Shown here: positions 12,814-23,401 of the stretch, piece after piece | Numbering within the stretch: position 1 is the first letter of the stretch | Layout: the number at the start of each line of letters is the position of its first letter | Source: a virus | Lineage: Duplodnaviria; Caudoviricetes | Virus record (IMG/VR): IMGVR_UViG_3300021254_000021 | Span: 160,001-224,000 of that record | DNA: 64,000 nucleotides | Reading direction: 5' to 3' (one strand) | The notes under the pieces: model-generated | The model's database searches: none | Told to the model about the DNA's origin: nothing | What the model saw: only the letters and a program-made list of their open reading frames with translations | Program-made: the position numbers and the translations under genes

Positions 12814-13983
12814 ATGGTTAAATTAAAGAGGGTGAATGAGAATCAGTTGGATTTATTTAGTTGGAAACCTAAAGGCGGTAATGCCGTAGATACCGTCTAT
12901 GATGGTTTATCTGATACGGATGATAAAGACTGGTTTAATGTCTCATATCTGTATAAAAAATATGGTGAGTATAATCGCAGATTTTTTAACTCTGCTTTAC
13001 CCGAGTTACCTTTGTATATAAAGACATACAAACACGCTTTGGGTGTCTGTATTTCATTAGGCAGTAAGTCAAGGAATGAAATCAATCTCAAAGAGATTTG
13101 TATTTCCAAACTTAAATTTAACAACAGATTCTCTATGGAGCAAGTCCTTGTCCATGAGATGTGTCATGCCTACCAGATTCATATATTGTGTGATAATTCC
13201 CTTACTCGATATTCTATGGATGCCAAACAGGGATCAGGTAGTCAGGGACACGGCCCATTATTCTTTAAAGCGGCTGATTTAGTGAATAACTCTCCAGAAA
13301 ATAAAGAAGGGTTTAAAATAACACAGTATAATGAGGATATTAACACGGCGCATAGAATAGGCGGTAAATCCACCTCTGGTTATTGCTATATTAAACCAAC
13401 CCTAGAAGGTCTTTTTGTCTATACCATAGCCGACACGCCATCTAATAAAGAGAATATAGACTATCTTAAACATTATGAGCCTGAGTATATGTACAGCTAT
13501 AAGGATGCAGAAGCAAAGAGTATCTGTACCACTCATTTTGGCCGTACCAAAGGTTATATTTATCCTTGGCAGAAAATCATAGAGAGTATTTGTAATAAAA
13601 TCATTAATGGAGATCTTATCCCTCTGGTAGAAGATAATAAATTAGAGAAAAAGTATATTATATACAAAGATGATGTTGTTTCGGTCTCTATGGTAGAGCC
13701 TTTTGGTAAAGAGATGAAAGAGGTGGTTATGAACAAGCCATATTCCATATTCCAGAACAGAATGAGTAATGAATGTACAATTCTATTAAAAGATAGAACT
13801 AATAAGGAAACCAAACGTTTTTTGGAAGGTGTAAAAATGGGTGTATTCTCTGGTGTAGAAGGAATATATAATAAGAATGAGTCTCTGTCTATTCAGGATG
13901 CTAGTGACATCATAGAGGATGCAGAAAATACGTTAGAGGTTAAAGAAATATCGGATGAGGTAGAGGAGATCATTATAGAATAA
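12814..13983 (+). CDS. SprT-like zinc metalloprotease with N-terminal QLDLF motif
   Basis: YNRRFFNSALP, LVHEMCH (HExxH) and downstream GHGPLF typical of the SprT family. Confidence 0.8.
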   Translation: MVKLKRVNENQLDLFSWKPKGGNAVDTVYDGLSDTDDKDWFNVSYLYKKYGEYNRRFFNSALPELPLYIKTYKHALGVCISLGSKSRNEINLKEICISKLKFNNRFSMEQVLVHEMCHAYQIHILCDNSLTRYSMDAKQGSGSQGHGPLFFKAADLVNNSPENKEGFKITQYNEDINTAHRIGGKSTSGYCYIKPTLEGLFVYTIADTPSNKENIDYLKHYEPEYMYSYKDAEAKSICTTHFGRTKGYIYPWQKIIESICNKIINGDLIPLVEDNKLEKKYIIYKDDVVSVSMVEPFGKEMKEVVMNKPYSIFQNRMSNECTILLKDRTNKETKRFLEGVKMGVFSGVEGIYNKNESLSIQDASDIIEDAENTLEVKEISDEVEEIIIE

Positions 13984-14666
13984 TGGATACCTTCCTTACA
14001 CAAATCCCTATCCCCAATTTCCCTAGTCTATACTTAACTGAGATTGATTTGGATTCCACCTATTTCCCTCTATCACCTCTGGCGGATATTCTTGGTTATT
14101 CTACACCTTACTCTTTAATTCAGAATATCCCGCCAGAGTTAAAAATTAGTGTGTCAGAGCTTTACTCTTTATATACCTTATATCTCGACCAATTCTACTC
14201 ATATATACCGATGAATGAGAGAGTATTTAAAAAAAGTTTAGTTAAATATAAACCTCTATGGTTTACGAATAAAGAGGGTATTGTTTACATCCTTAGTAAA
14301 AATACCTTTACTATACCTAGATTGAAGGAAAGCATTGCTAAGGTTTTAGGTCTTTCCACAATAGCTCCGCCGCGTAAAGAATCTATCTTTTATGATGCTT
14401 TATATTCCATGCTTAGAGATACGGGAATAAAGATTAACCGACATCTCTATCTTGCGGGGTATTTTGTGGATATAGAACTATACCCCATTCATGTGGTTGT
14501 GGAGTATGATGAGAATAACCATAAGTATTACGACAAAGAAAAAGAGGATAAGAGAGAGAAGGTTTTAAAGGCATTAGGGTATAGTATAATAAGAACAGAT
14601 GATTCTGTACCTCCCATAGAGTCCGCAACGGCTGTATTTAAACAAATCCTACCAATGATCCAATGA
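13983..14666 (+). CDS. Bro-N-like domain plus DUF559/Vsr-like nuclease domain
   Basis: LADILGYS...FTNKEGIVYIL; GYFVD...VVEYDENNH...LGYSIIR. Confidence 0.7.
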   Translation: MDTFLTQIPIPNFPSLYLTEIDLDSTYFPLSPLADILGYSTPYSLIQNIPPELKISVSELYSLYTLYLDQFYSYIPMNERVFKKSLVKYKPLWFTNKEGIVYILSKNTFTIPRLKESIAKVLGLSTIAPPRKESIFYDALYSMLRDTGIKINRHLYLAGYFVDIELYPIHVVVEYDENNHKYYDKEKEDKREKVLKALGYSIIRTDDSVPPIESATAVFKQILPMIQ

Positions 14667-15166
14667 ATGCCTCACTTTCTTTCCAACTTTCCGTCATAGA
14701 CTTTTACACAACCTTTCAATACCTCTTACAATATAGAAGTTCTGATTATATTGAGTTAAATCCAGACTCTTACATTCCCGATACCACAGTGTTTTGCCCT
14801 TTCCATGAGAATAAGGAAACGAAAGCGGCTAAACTGTATGGGAAAAATAAAGAGGATCAAAACCAGTCAGAAAAGCTGTATTGCTTTGCAGAAAATAGAC
14901 TCTATTTCCCTCATTCTCTTTTATCCCCACCAAAGAATGTGGTGGATAAATCTGTATTATTCCAATTTAAATCCATTATTCCCTATGACCCAAATTGGGT
15001 ATTTTCTGCAATTTGGAATCACCTTCCCGATACAGAGAAGGATTACTGGAAACAAACAAACCCCTCTTTATCCATTGGAGAACCTGTTAAGAAATATGGG
15101 GGTTTATATAGGGAATACAAAGAGGGTAAAAGAGACTTATTTTCCATTCTAAAAGAATTGAGCTAG
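14663..15166 (+). CDS. primase-type CHC2 zinc-finger-like protein
   Basis: FCPFHENKET...LYCF; adjacent to the DNA polymerase. Confidence 0.55.
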   Translation: MNASLSFQLSVIDFYTTFQYLLQYRSSDYIELNPDSYIPDTTVFCPFHENKETKAAKLYGKNKEDQNQSEKLYCFAENRLYFPHSLLSPPKNVVDKSVLFQFKSIIPYDPNWVFSAIWNHLPDTEKDYWKQTNPSLSIGEPVKKYGGLYREYKEGKRDLFSILKELS

Positions 15167-15247
15167 GTCGTATTACACAAGGAATGTTGCACATAGACAA
15201 CATTCCTTTTCTTTTTGGTAATCCTTTAGCCAATAGGAGTAGATGAA

Positions 15248-18200
15248 ATGGCTAGTACACCATACAAGCACTTTGTTCCACCTGTACCTTTAAATCCAGA
15301 CTATGACAAAAACTTTACCTATGTTTTAATAGAGACCTTAGACCAATTAAAAGACTCTTTTCAAAAAGGTGTAGTGATAGCGTGGGATACGGAAACAACA
15401 GGATTGAATCCTGTTGAGTCTGAGATAGTTGGATTTTCATACTCTTATGATGGACAGACAGGCTATTATTGCCCTGTAAAGCACTTTGATCTAGCTTTAG
15501 GAAAACCCGCATTAGACTTATTCTACCAAGCCTTAAAAGACGCCAAATTACAGCTCTTATATAATGCAAGATTTGATATTCGCATGATGGAGTATTCTGG
15601 CTATGATATGTCTTTTTTATATCCGAAAAACCCAGATACTAATTTGTCGCAAGCTGTTTTCATTGATGTAATGAATCAGGTATGGTTGGCAGATACCAAT
15701 ATTCCACTACCCTCATTAAAATCCTCTACCCTTCACTTTTTAGGCTATCAGCCACCAAAATTTTTAGAGACTTTGGGGGATGAGCAAAACTTTAAGTATG
15801 TACCCGCCAAAGATGCTTATCGTTATGCCTGTTTTACAGCAGATACGCTAATTCAGACTAAACATGGTCTTAAACAGATTAGTGAATTAAAGCCTAACGT
15901 AGATTTAATTAAAACATCTGATGGCTATCACCGACTCCTTAATGTTTTGGATCAAGGTGTGCAAAAGGTGATTAGAGTAAGCACACCTATTGGCACATCC
16001 TTTACCTGTACCCCAGACCATAAATTTGCAATGGAGATAGACCATTGTATTTGTTGGGTAGAGGCCAAAGATCTTGATAAAATCTCTTTTCATAAGAGGT
16101 ATTGTGGCGGGCAGTCTCTTTATGAAATAGAGAAATGCTACACACCGTCACCTATGGTAATGGATGACGGGAATGCGTGTAAAATAGAGTATGTGGATGA
16201 ACCACAACCCGTATTTGATCTTACTATTGAAGATGAGCATAATTTCTTTTTACAGTGTGGTTTAATAGCACATAACTGTCTGGATGCTATTAACACAATG
16301 AATCTGTTTAAAGTTACGTATCGCTTTTATAAAGAGTCTGGTAAAGCCGCACAGTTGGATAATGCCTGTGTGTACATTATTGGACAGTTGGAAAAAACAC
16401 CTCTTAATATTGACACCGATTACTTGGTAGATCTTAGGGATAAGGTTTATAGCCGTGTATTAGAACTAGAACAAGAGATTTATTCCATTGCGGGACATCC
16501 TTTTAAGATCGGTTCTAACAGAGAACTTACTTTAGTTTTCCAAGAACATGGAATTGATACGGGGGAGAGAACAAAAGCAGGGGATATGAAAACGGGGATA
16601 GAATTATTAAATATGTATCTTCGTAATCACCCAGAATGTACACTGTTAAAGCTACTAATAGAGTACAAAGAGCAATTCAAGTTCTACAACTCTTATCTTA
16701 AAACCCTTGTAGATATTGCCAAAAAGCAAGACACTGTTCCACCTAGATTCTCTTATAAATTACAATCTGTTCCTTGTTTGACAGAGAACAACTTGGTTTT
16801 AATTAGGGATAAAGGAATAACCTACATACCAGAGGTAAAGGAGCAAGACTATATCTGGACGCAGTATGGATATAAAAGAGTTTTATGGTGTAATAGCCAT
16901 AAAACAGAGGATGTTTACCGCGTTACTTTTGAAAATGCGGTATTTATAGAGGGTACTGCGCATCACCCAGTCTTAGTAAATAAAGGGACAGAGATAAATC
17001 CAGAGTTGGAGTGGGCTACTTTGGAATCATTAAAAGAAGGGGAGAGGGTAATATTTAATCATCATACTCCACCTTTGCAATACTCTGATGATCCTAAAGA
17101 AAAAGAGCTGTCTAAGTATTTAGAATATTTAGGTTATTTAATAGCCGTGAATATTGAGCCTAGCGTGCAATATCAGGTAGATTGGATTGAGACAAGGGAT
17201 GATTTGTTTAAACAGGCTTCTAACGAGTTTAGGCAAATGACTCATACAATCACGTCAAATCCCGGCTACCTGTTTGATTTAGTGATTAAATCTAAGCCAT
17301 ATCAGTGGATTCATTTCTTACAAGGAATCTTTTTCTCTGTATTTGAAACACCCGTAGCACAAACATGGAATAACTCTAATATGGATGAGTTTATTCTAAG
17401 ATCACAAACGCCTTTACTATTAACCTTCTTAATGAATATCCTTAGTTACTTGGGTATCCCAACATCCCTAGCCTATGATGATGATTCCTTCTTTATTATC
17501 TTTAATACATCGCAGTCTCTAACACTTTTAAAGACATTGATTATAACAGACTCTAACTCTCATTATCTCAAATCCTTATTCCAGAACTATAATCCATTCA
17601 ATTATTTTATAGAGTATGCTGATTCTAAGGTAAAAGCAAAAGAGAAAATGGAAGGGGAGCATACTGTCTATGATATTGAAGTAGAGGATGTGCATGAGTA
17701 TGTGGCCAATGGTATTGTCACACATAATACAGGCAGACTTGCTACTGGTAAAGATGGCAAGAATACCTACTTTGCACCAATTAACCTTCAATGCTTAGAA
17801 GAAAATACATTGATTAAAACGGAGCGTGGTAATATACCTATTAAAAATGTGACAGAGAAGGATCTTGTTTGGACAGGTACACGTTTTGTACCTTGTAAAC
17901 CATTAGGAAGTAAACAAAAAGAGTGCTTTAAAATAAAGACTTTATGGGGAGAGATTGAGGCTTCCTTAGAGCATAGATTTTTAACCATTAATATCTATGA
18001 CGACTATAAAATAGAGTGGCATACTCTAGCAGAATGTATTTCTCGTAAACTACCCTTAGTAAAAGATCCACAATCATTAGGTATTCAGTTTGACGATCTT
18101 TATAATCACCCCACGTATTCTGTCATAGGAAACCTAAGAAAAGAGTTAGACCTAGACCGTTATCGTAAAGTTGCCGAGTTTTACAAGTCTTATAAATTTG

Positions 18201-20626
18201 ACATTATCATAGAATGTCCGTGGCAATTCTGGAAACCTGATTTATACCCTTTCCCAGAATTAACAAAGACTGTCTATGACCTCTATGTTCCAGAGTATAA
18301 CCAGTTTACAGCTAATGGGTTTATTGTACATAATTCTTTGCCCAAGCCCAAGTCTATAAAGTGTTATGCCAGAAAAGCTACTCCCGAGGAAATAGAAAAT
18401 AAACAGGATGTATTAGGATGGATGTTTTCACCTAATCACCCTGAGTGGAGTCCCGGGAAAGTAGTAGAAGGAATGGATCAGAATCTTAATGTTAGAGCCG
18501 CATTTCTACCAGAACATCCAGAAAACGGAGATTATGTGGTGTCTTGCGATATGTGCTTAGAGGCGGGATCTCCTGTACAAACAAAACGTGGTTATTTAGG
18601 TATATCAGAATTAAAGGTTGGTGATGAAATATACTCGCCTCAAGGATGGGTGGAAGTTATTCGCGTAATGCAGACAGGTATAAAGAAACTCATTAAGGTA
18701 TTACCTGATAATGGTGGGCAAGCCCTTTATTGCACAGAGGATCATCATTTCCCTATTGATAGTAAAAAGATAGAAGCTAGGAATATTAAGGCTTCTTTAC
18801 CTTCTATTTCGTTTTATAGCTATAATGAAGAAATTGAAAAGCGTGGTTTGACTGAAGCAAAACTGTCTATGCTTAAAATGTGTAAGACACCCAAAGAAAA
18901 AGCAAATTATATAATAGCTAATAACCTAAAAGATTTCTTTATTTCATCCCTTCAAAAATATACTAGGGCAAACATAGCTCGATGGACAGGTACAAAAGTT
19001 TCGAGCTTTGGGCATATTTTAGACTACTTAGGTATTCATAAAACGAATAAGAGATATGCTTTTAAAGTAGATCGCTTTTATAACAATCCTTTCATAGATT
19101 CTAGTAATCCAACTTCAGCTTATCTGTTTGGTTATATTTTAGGTGATGGTAATATACATGAAAGAAAAAGTGGTATATCTACGTTAAATATTACTTCTAA
19201 AGATAAAGCACATCTCACACGTATCATGGAAATCTTTGGTAAAGATACAAAAATGCGTAAGCATAGTAGAGATGATAAAGAATGGTGGTCTATTGATATA
19301 ACAGATCAAGGTATTTGTAAACGTCTTAAAGAGTTAGGCATTAGTATGCGTAAGTCCACAGAACCTAGTTATGTAGATTTTACTTGGATTGGAGAGAACT
19401 TTAGACATTTTATTCGTGGTTTATTTGATTCAGATGGTTATGTTCGTATTAGTTCAGGTTTGGATTTAAGTTTTGTAGGACACGATTTATATATTAAGGA
19501 AATACAAAAAAGAATTGATGGAGATTGGGGATATAAATATACCCAATCCTTATCTTATTTATTTTTGCATGGTAGATTAGAACAAAAGAAGTTTATTCAT
19601 GCTTACTTATATCAAGGTGCAACTATTTGGTTACAAAGAAAACGAGATATTATAGAGCAATGGTATTTAGAACATTTTGGAGATATTATATGGCCTGTAT
19701 GGAATTGTACGGTAAATACACCAGAACACCTATATTATGCAAATGCTATATCTACTTCAAACTGCGGCGAGGAACTAAGAGTAGTAACAAATTTATTTAA
19801 AGAGGATTCTTGGGCTAGGATTATAAATTCTGGTGGAGATTTACATCATGCTAATTCTGATGCTATATATGGAGAAGAAAATTATACTAAAGAAACAAGG
19901 AAGAAAGCTAAAGGGGCAGCATTCGGAATGCTCTACGGCCAAGAATATAGAGGGTTTCAGCGTAAATTTCCCGATATGTCTTTAGATGAAGCAAAGGAAT
20001 TTATGATAAAGTTTAAACGTACAATACCACATATTGTACACGGTCAAGAGAGAATGATTAAAGAAGCAAGACGTACTGGGACATTTTATTCTGGTTTTGG
20101 TCGTCCGCGTAGAGTTAAACATTATCTAACATCACCTGATTATAAGGATGTAGCATTTGGTGAAAGAACGATCAAAAATGGCCCGATCCAAAGTACAGCC
20201 GCCGATGTTTTAAAGTTGGAATTAATAAGATTATGGGATAACCTATTTACCGTTTATCCAGAATACAAGTTTATTGTTACTATACATGACGAAATAGATG
20301 TTAGTATACCAAGACACCTAGCTAATGAGATTATCCCTAAGATGATTAGATGTATGACTGTACAAAGACCCTCTGATCTTGTACCTCTTGACTGTTCATT
20401 GAGTTGTGGCCCCACATTGGGTGCGCAATATGAAATGGTATATAACTTTGAGACAAAAGAATTTGAGCCCAAATGGGAAGAAGATAAACGTATAGAAACT
20501 CAAGAAAGTACACAAGAGGAAACAGAGAATAATGAATTGGATGAGGAAAAAGAGAATATAGATGATTCTATTTCTTATGAGGATGATTTAGTAGAGGAAG
20601 TAGATTCAAAGATGTTTGATTTTTAG
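15248..20626 (+). CDS. polA: family A DNA polymerase (3'-5' exonuclease + polymerase) with four inteins; about 741 aa after splicing
   Basis: ExoI WDTETTG; TGRL; motif A DM|CGEELR; motif B RKKAKGAAFGMLYG; PIQSTAAD; motif C IHDEI. Confidence 0.95.
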   Translation: MASTPYKHFVPPVPLNPDYDKNFTYVLIETLDQLKDSFQKGVVIAWDTETTGLNPVESEIVGFSYSYDGQTGYYCPVKHFDLALGKPALDLFYQALKDAKLQLLYNARFDIRMMEYSGYDMSFLYPKNPDTNLSQAVFIDVMNQVWLADTNIPLPSLKSSTLHFLGYQPPKFLETLGDEQNFKYVPAKDAYRYACFTADTLIQTKHGLKQISELKPNVDLIKTSDGYHRLLNVLDQGVQKVIRVSTPIGTSFTCTPDHKFAMEIDHCICWVEAKDLDKISFHKRYCGGQSLYEIEKCYTPSPMVMDDGNACKIEYVDEPQPVFDLTIEDEHNFFLQCGLIAHNCLDAINTMNLFKVTYRFYKESGKAAQLDNACVYIIGQLEKTPLNIDTDYLVDLRDKVYSRVLELEQEIYSIAGHPFKIGSNRELTLVFQEHGIDTGERTKAGDMKTGIELLNMYLRNHPECTLLKLLIEYKEQFKFYNSYLKTLVDIAKKQDTVPPRFSYKLQSVPCLTENNLVLIRDKGITYIPEVKEQDYIWTQYGYKRVLWCNSHKTEDVYRVTFENAVFIEGTAHHPVLVNKGTEINPELEWATLESLKEGERVIFNHHTPPLQYSDDPKEKELSKYLEYLGYLIAVNIEPSVQYQVDWIETRDDLFKQASNEFRQMTHTITSNPGYLFDLVIKSKPYQWIHFLQGIFFSVFETPVAQTWNNSNMDEFILRSQTPLLLTFLMNILSYLGIPTSLAYDDDSFFIIFNTSQSLTLLKTLIITDSNSHYLKSLFQNYNPFNYFIEYADSKVKAKEKMEGEHTVYDIEVEDVHEYVANGIVTHNTGRLATGKDGKNTYFAPINLQCLEENTLIKTERGNIPIKNVTEKDLVWTGTRFVPCKPLGSKQKECFKIKTLWGEIEASLEHRFLTINIYDDYKIEWHTLAECISRKLPLVKDPQSLGIQFDDLYNHPTYSVIGNLRKELDLDRYRKVAEFYKSYKFDIIIECPWQFWKPDLYPFPELTKTVYDLYVPEYNQFTANGFIVHNSLPKPKSIKCYARKATPEEIENKQDVLGWMFSPNHPEWSPGKVVEGMDQNLNVRAAFLPEHPENGDYVVSCDMCLEAGSPVQTKRGYLGISELKVGDEIYSPQGWVEVIRVMQTGIKKLIKVLPDNGGQALYCTEDHHFPIDSKKIEARNIKASLPSISFYSYNEEIEKRGLTEAKLSMLKMCKTPKEKANYIIANNLKDFFISSLQKYTRANIARWTGTKVSSFGHILDYLGIHKTNKRYAFKVDRFYNNPFIDSSNPTSAYLFGYILGDGNIHERKSGISTLNITSKDKAHLTRIMEIFGKDTKMRKHSRDDKEWWSIDITDQGICKRLKELGISMRKSTEPSYVDFTWIGENFRHFIRGLFDSDGYVRISSGLDLSFVGHDLYIKEIQKRIDGDWGYKYTQSLSYLFLHGRLEQKKFIHAYLYQGATIWLQRKRDIIEQWYLEHFGDIIWPVWNCTVNTPEHLYYANAISTSNCGEELRVVTNLFKEDSWARIINSGGDLHHANSDAIYGEENYTKETRKKAKGAAFGMLYGQEYRGFQRKFPDMSLDEAKEFMIKFKRTIPHIVHGQERMIKEARRTGTFYSGFGRPRRVKHYLTSPDYKDVAFGERTIKNGPIQSTAADVLKLELIRLWDNLFTVYPEYKFIVTIHDEIDVSIPRHLANEIIPKMIRCMTVQRPSDLVPLDCSLSCGPTLGAQYEMVYNFETKEFEPKWEEDKRIETQESTQEETENNELDEEKENIDDSISYEDDLVEEVDSKMFDF
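15830..16276 (+). mobile_element. mini-intein 1 (149 aa) in the ExoIII motif
   Basis: YA|CFTADT...CTPDHKF...LIAHN|C. Confidence 0.9.
16775..17728 (+). mobile_element. intein 2 (318 aa), apparently degenerate LAGLIDADG
   Basis: VP|CLTENN...GTAHHP...IVTHN|TGRL; LGYLIAVN and FLQGIFFS lack the usual DG. Confidence 0.9.
17792..18334 (+). mobile_element. mini-intein 3 (181 aa)
   Basis: NLQ|CLEENT...SLEHRF...FIVHN|S. Confidence 0.9.
18554..19762 (+). mobile_element. intein 4 (403 aa) with LAGLIDADG homing endonuclease, inserted in polymerase motif A
   Basis: CDM|CLEAGS...CTEDHHF...FGYILGDG...FIRGLFDSDG...ISTSN|CGEELR. Confidence 0.9.
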
Positions 20627-20646
20627 CCCTTCTTTCTGATTAGAGG

Positions 20647-20682
20647 AAAAGCCTATCTATGTTCACGATAGGCTTTTCTTTT
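20647..20682 (+). terminator. intrinsic terminator
   Basis: AAAAGCCTATC...GATAGGCTTTTCTTTT after polA. Confidence 0.7.
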
Positions 20683-20693
20683 ATGAGGTTATT

Positions 20694-21596
20694 ATGGTTA
20701 CGTTAAAGAAATATGTCACAGAGGCAAAACAGGTAGGAACAATTTATCATGTTTGCTCTTTATCCGATTTGGAATACCTCATTCCTAAAGACACTTTATC
20801 CAGTTCGGGCTCATACTATAATAAGCTGTTAAAGACAGATAAAGCTATCTCTTTTACCAGAGATAAGAATTTCTTTGTCGATGTACCTAATATAGCCAAT
20901 GCACCTATTCATGTGCAGTTAGTTGTAGATGGGGACAAGCTATCCGAGAATTACAAAGTCACTCCATACAATGACTTTTATACAAGGGGTGATTCAGACC
21001 CTAATGTGTATGCGCCTAAGTCACCTAATAAAATAGACCCGATGTATTTAGAAAAAGAAGAAGCTGTTATTGGCCCGATTAAGAAGTTTTCTAATTACCT
21101 AAAGTCTATAAAGGTTATTGTTAAATCCCTGCCTTATAAAGAGTTGGATGATATTCAATATATCATTGAGGATTTAATATCATACACTACTAAGAATAAC
21201 ATTCCTGTGGAGTTGGAGATAAAGGATTCCTCACTAAAAGGAAAAATTAAGAGCTTGAATGACATTCTCTCTTACAACCCGTATGATCTCACATCTATTA
21301 CGGATATAGAGGATGCTATCATACCTTTATTCCAAAAGGTAAAAGACCCAACCTCTTTTAAGAAGTTGTCTGACTATATCCACTCCCTACTTACTAATGG
21401 AATAACATTAACCTATAAGTCACCTATAACCAATAAAAAGAGCAAGAATGCAGATATAGATTTATTAAAGGATGATTTAGAATCCGTGGATTATCAAATA
21501 AACCAGTGTGAGACGTATATAGGTAGTAATGTTCTCACAGTAGCATTTAGACTGCGTGGTTACTCTGATTATGGGTATATGGAAATCCTTTTGTAA
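20694..21596 (+). CDS. hypothetical protein with basic-Glu leader; paralogue of 12286
   Basis: MVTLKKYVTEAKQVGTIYH; shared SFTRDK and VDGDKLSEN blocks. Confidence 0.75.
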   Translation: MVTLKKYVTEAKQVGTIYHVCSLSDLEYLIPKDTLSSSGSYYNKLLKTDKAISFTRDKNFFVDVPNIANAPIHVQLVVDGDKLSENYKVTPYNDFYTRGDSDPNVYAPKSPNKIDPMYLEKEEAVIGPIKKFSNYLKSIKVIVKSLPYKELDDIQYIIEDLISYTTKNNIPVELEIKDSSLKGKIKSLNDILSYNPYDLTSITDIEDAIIPLFQKVKDPTSFKKLSDYIHSLLTNGITLTYKSPITNKKSKNADIDLLKDDLESVDYQINQCETYIGSNVLTVAFRLRGYSDYGYMEILL

Positions 21597-21610
21597 TAGG
21601 GGAAGGAATA

Positions 21611-22324
21611 ATGGACATTAAGCCTTTTTTGAAGTCGCTGTTTGAATCTACTTTAGTTAAGCTCCATGCTTCTACACCTGATGCTTTACAAAAGGAAATA
21701 GCAGAGGGTTTTCTCACATTCTTTGGTCTATTCAAAGACGGGGAACTGTTTATCTTAGACAATGCCAATATGTCTAAACTTTCCGCCTATGAGTTGTCAG
21801 AGGAATTACCTTTTACTGAAAGGGAAATAGAGGAATATCTTTCATTCATTAAAGGGATTAAATTAAACACTCAATTTACCTATAATGAAATCTATGTCCT
21901 GCCAGACAACCATTGGGCTATTGGTGGTATATACTCTATCTTTAAAGACTTAATTTTAGGCAAGGTTACATTTTTTACATTCCCTTTGGAGTTGGAATGC
22001 GTGCCTAATATAGGTGTTTCCTACGTCTTTTCTATCACCTTATCTAACATAAAAGGTGAAGGGCTTTATCTTAAAGTAAACCCTGAATATAGCGTCATAG
22101 AAAAGAGTGAAGTTAAAAAGAAATATAGCGGTTATTACGCTTCGGCAGACGGTACAATGGATGCAGAGGTAGTAATAAACAAGTTTGATCTTAACTTCAA
22201 TCTTGGTAATGTGTTAAAGTACATTATTAGGGCGGGTAAAAAAGACCCTTCCAAACACATAGAGGATTTGGAAAAGGCTAGGAAGTACATAGACTTTGAA
22301 ATAGAGAAGCTAGAAGGTGAATAA
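21611..22324 (+). CDS. DUF3310-like C-terminal domain protein
   Basis: FNLGNVLKYIIRAGKK...EDLEKARKYI. Confidence 0.75.
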   Translation: MDIKPFLKSLFESTLVKLHASTPDALQKEIAEGFLTFFGLFKDGELFILDNANMSKLSAYELSEELPFTEREIEEYLSFIKGIKLNTQFTYNEIYVLPDNHWAIGGIYSIFKDLILGKVTFFTFPLELECVPNIGVSYVFSITLSNIKGEGLYLKVNPEYSVIEKSEVKKKYSGYYASADGTMDAEVVINKFDLNFNLGNVLKYIIRAGKKDPSKHIEDLEKARKYIDFEIEKLEGE

Positions 22325-22388
22325 TAAAGGTGTCTATCTACTTAATTGTTTGGTAGTCACTTCGACTTTATTTGAAAGGAGAAATAAA

Positions 22389-22670
22389 ATGAATCGTGAA
22401 GATGATCTTAAGAACCTGTGGAAAGAATTACGCGAAATCTCTGAGGCCAAAGATGATGCCGAGGATAAAGCAGAGGAAGCCCCTGCCCCCAAAGAGACAG
22501 TAGAACTGGATGCTTTACTGTCTCGCTTAGAGGATATTGTTTCCCGCTTAGAAGAAGCATACGGGAAAAAAGACGATAAGAAAGAGGATAAAGAAGAATC
22601 TAAAGATGAAAAGAAAGAAGAGGAATATGTTCCCCGTCGCATTCGTCGCCCATTAAGAGGGAGAGAATAA
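22389..22670 (+). CDS. small highly charged protein, candidate prohead core/internal peptide
   Basis: AGGAG SD; Glu/Lys-rich; several xxE-A sites. Confidence 0.5.
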   Translation: MNREDDLKNLWKELREISEAKDDAEDKAEEAPAPKETVELDALLSRLEDIVSRLEEAYGKKDDKKEDKEESKDEKKEEEYVPRRIRRPLRGRE

Positions 22671-22672
22671 TT

Positions 22673-23401
22673 ATGATTAGGAATGAGGCAATACAGAAAA
22701 CTGCATTAACTAATGCCGTTTGGGATGTGGTTAGAACACATCTTAGTGGAGTTTTGCCTTTCCCTGATGGTGAAGATTCTTTCATCTTTAAAGCCACTTA
22801 CTTTAAGTTTAAACCCGAGGAAATGGACATAGCTCTTGGTGCGGATGTAAAGGTAACTGTGGATGATTCCTCAATTACCCTTTATATCAACCGTAACTGT
22901 GATCCTAATGGTGGTTTTTCTCAAGTAATGGTTGAACCTGTCTCGCCAGAAAATCCTTTTGCCAAAGCTATTATAAACGTTTTAAACGTAATAGTAGAGG
23001 AAATACAAAAGCATGGTAAAGACTGGTGCAGAATAGGGAATTACAAAGCTCTCGTAATTCAGTCACCTTACATAGACAGACTAAAGGCTTTCTGTATGCA
23101 GAATCCCGATGTCAAAATCCCAATGGTAGCAAATGATCAATTATCCGCTGTTAAGGATGATTCCCCAGAGGTTTTGAGAACATTGAATGCCATGAATGGT
23201 GAGTCTTTACCAGAAGCTAAGGTGGATAAAATTAACGCGGAAATCCCTGATGGTGTTAAGCCACGTGTTAGAAAAGTTGCACCTGATAAGCCTATGTCAG
23301 ATCGCCAAAAGAAAAGACAGTTAAATAAACTTTTAGCGGTGGGTATTGGTGGTGGTAAAGATAAACCTAAACCGAGTAACCCTCGCGTTAGAAGGGGATA
23401 A
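22673..23401 (+). CDS. hypothetical protein (leader MIRNE-A)
   Basis: ORF with SD; basic C-terminus. Confidence 0.65.
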   Translation: MIRNEAIQKTALTNAVWDVVRTHLSGVLPFPDGEDSFIFKATYFKFKPEEMDIALGADVKVTVDDSSITLYINRNCDPNGGFSQVMVEPVSPENPFAKAIINVLNVIVEEIQKHGKDWCRIGNYKALVIQSPYIDRLKAFCMQNPDVKIPMVANDQLSAVKDDSPEVLRTLNAMNGESLPEAKVDKINAEIPDGVKPRVRKVAPDKPMSDRQKKRQLNKLLAVGIGGGKDKPKPSNPRVRRG

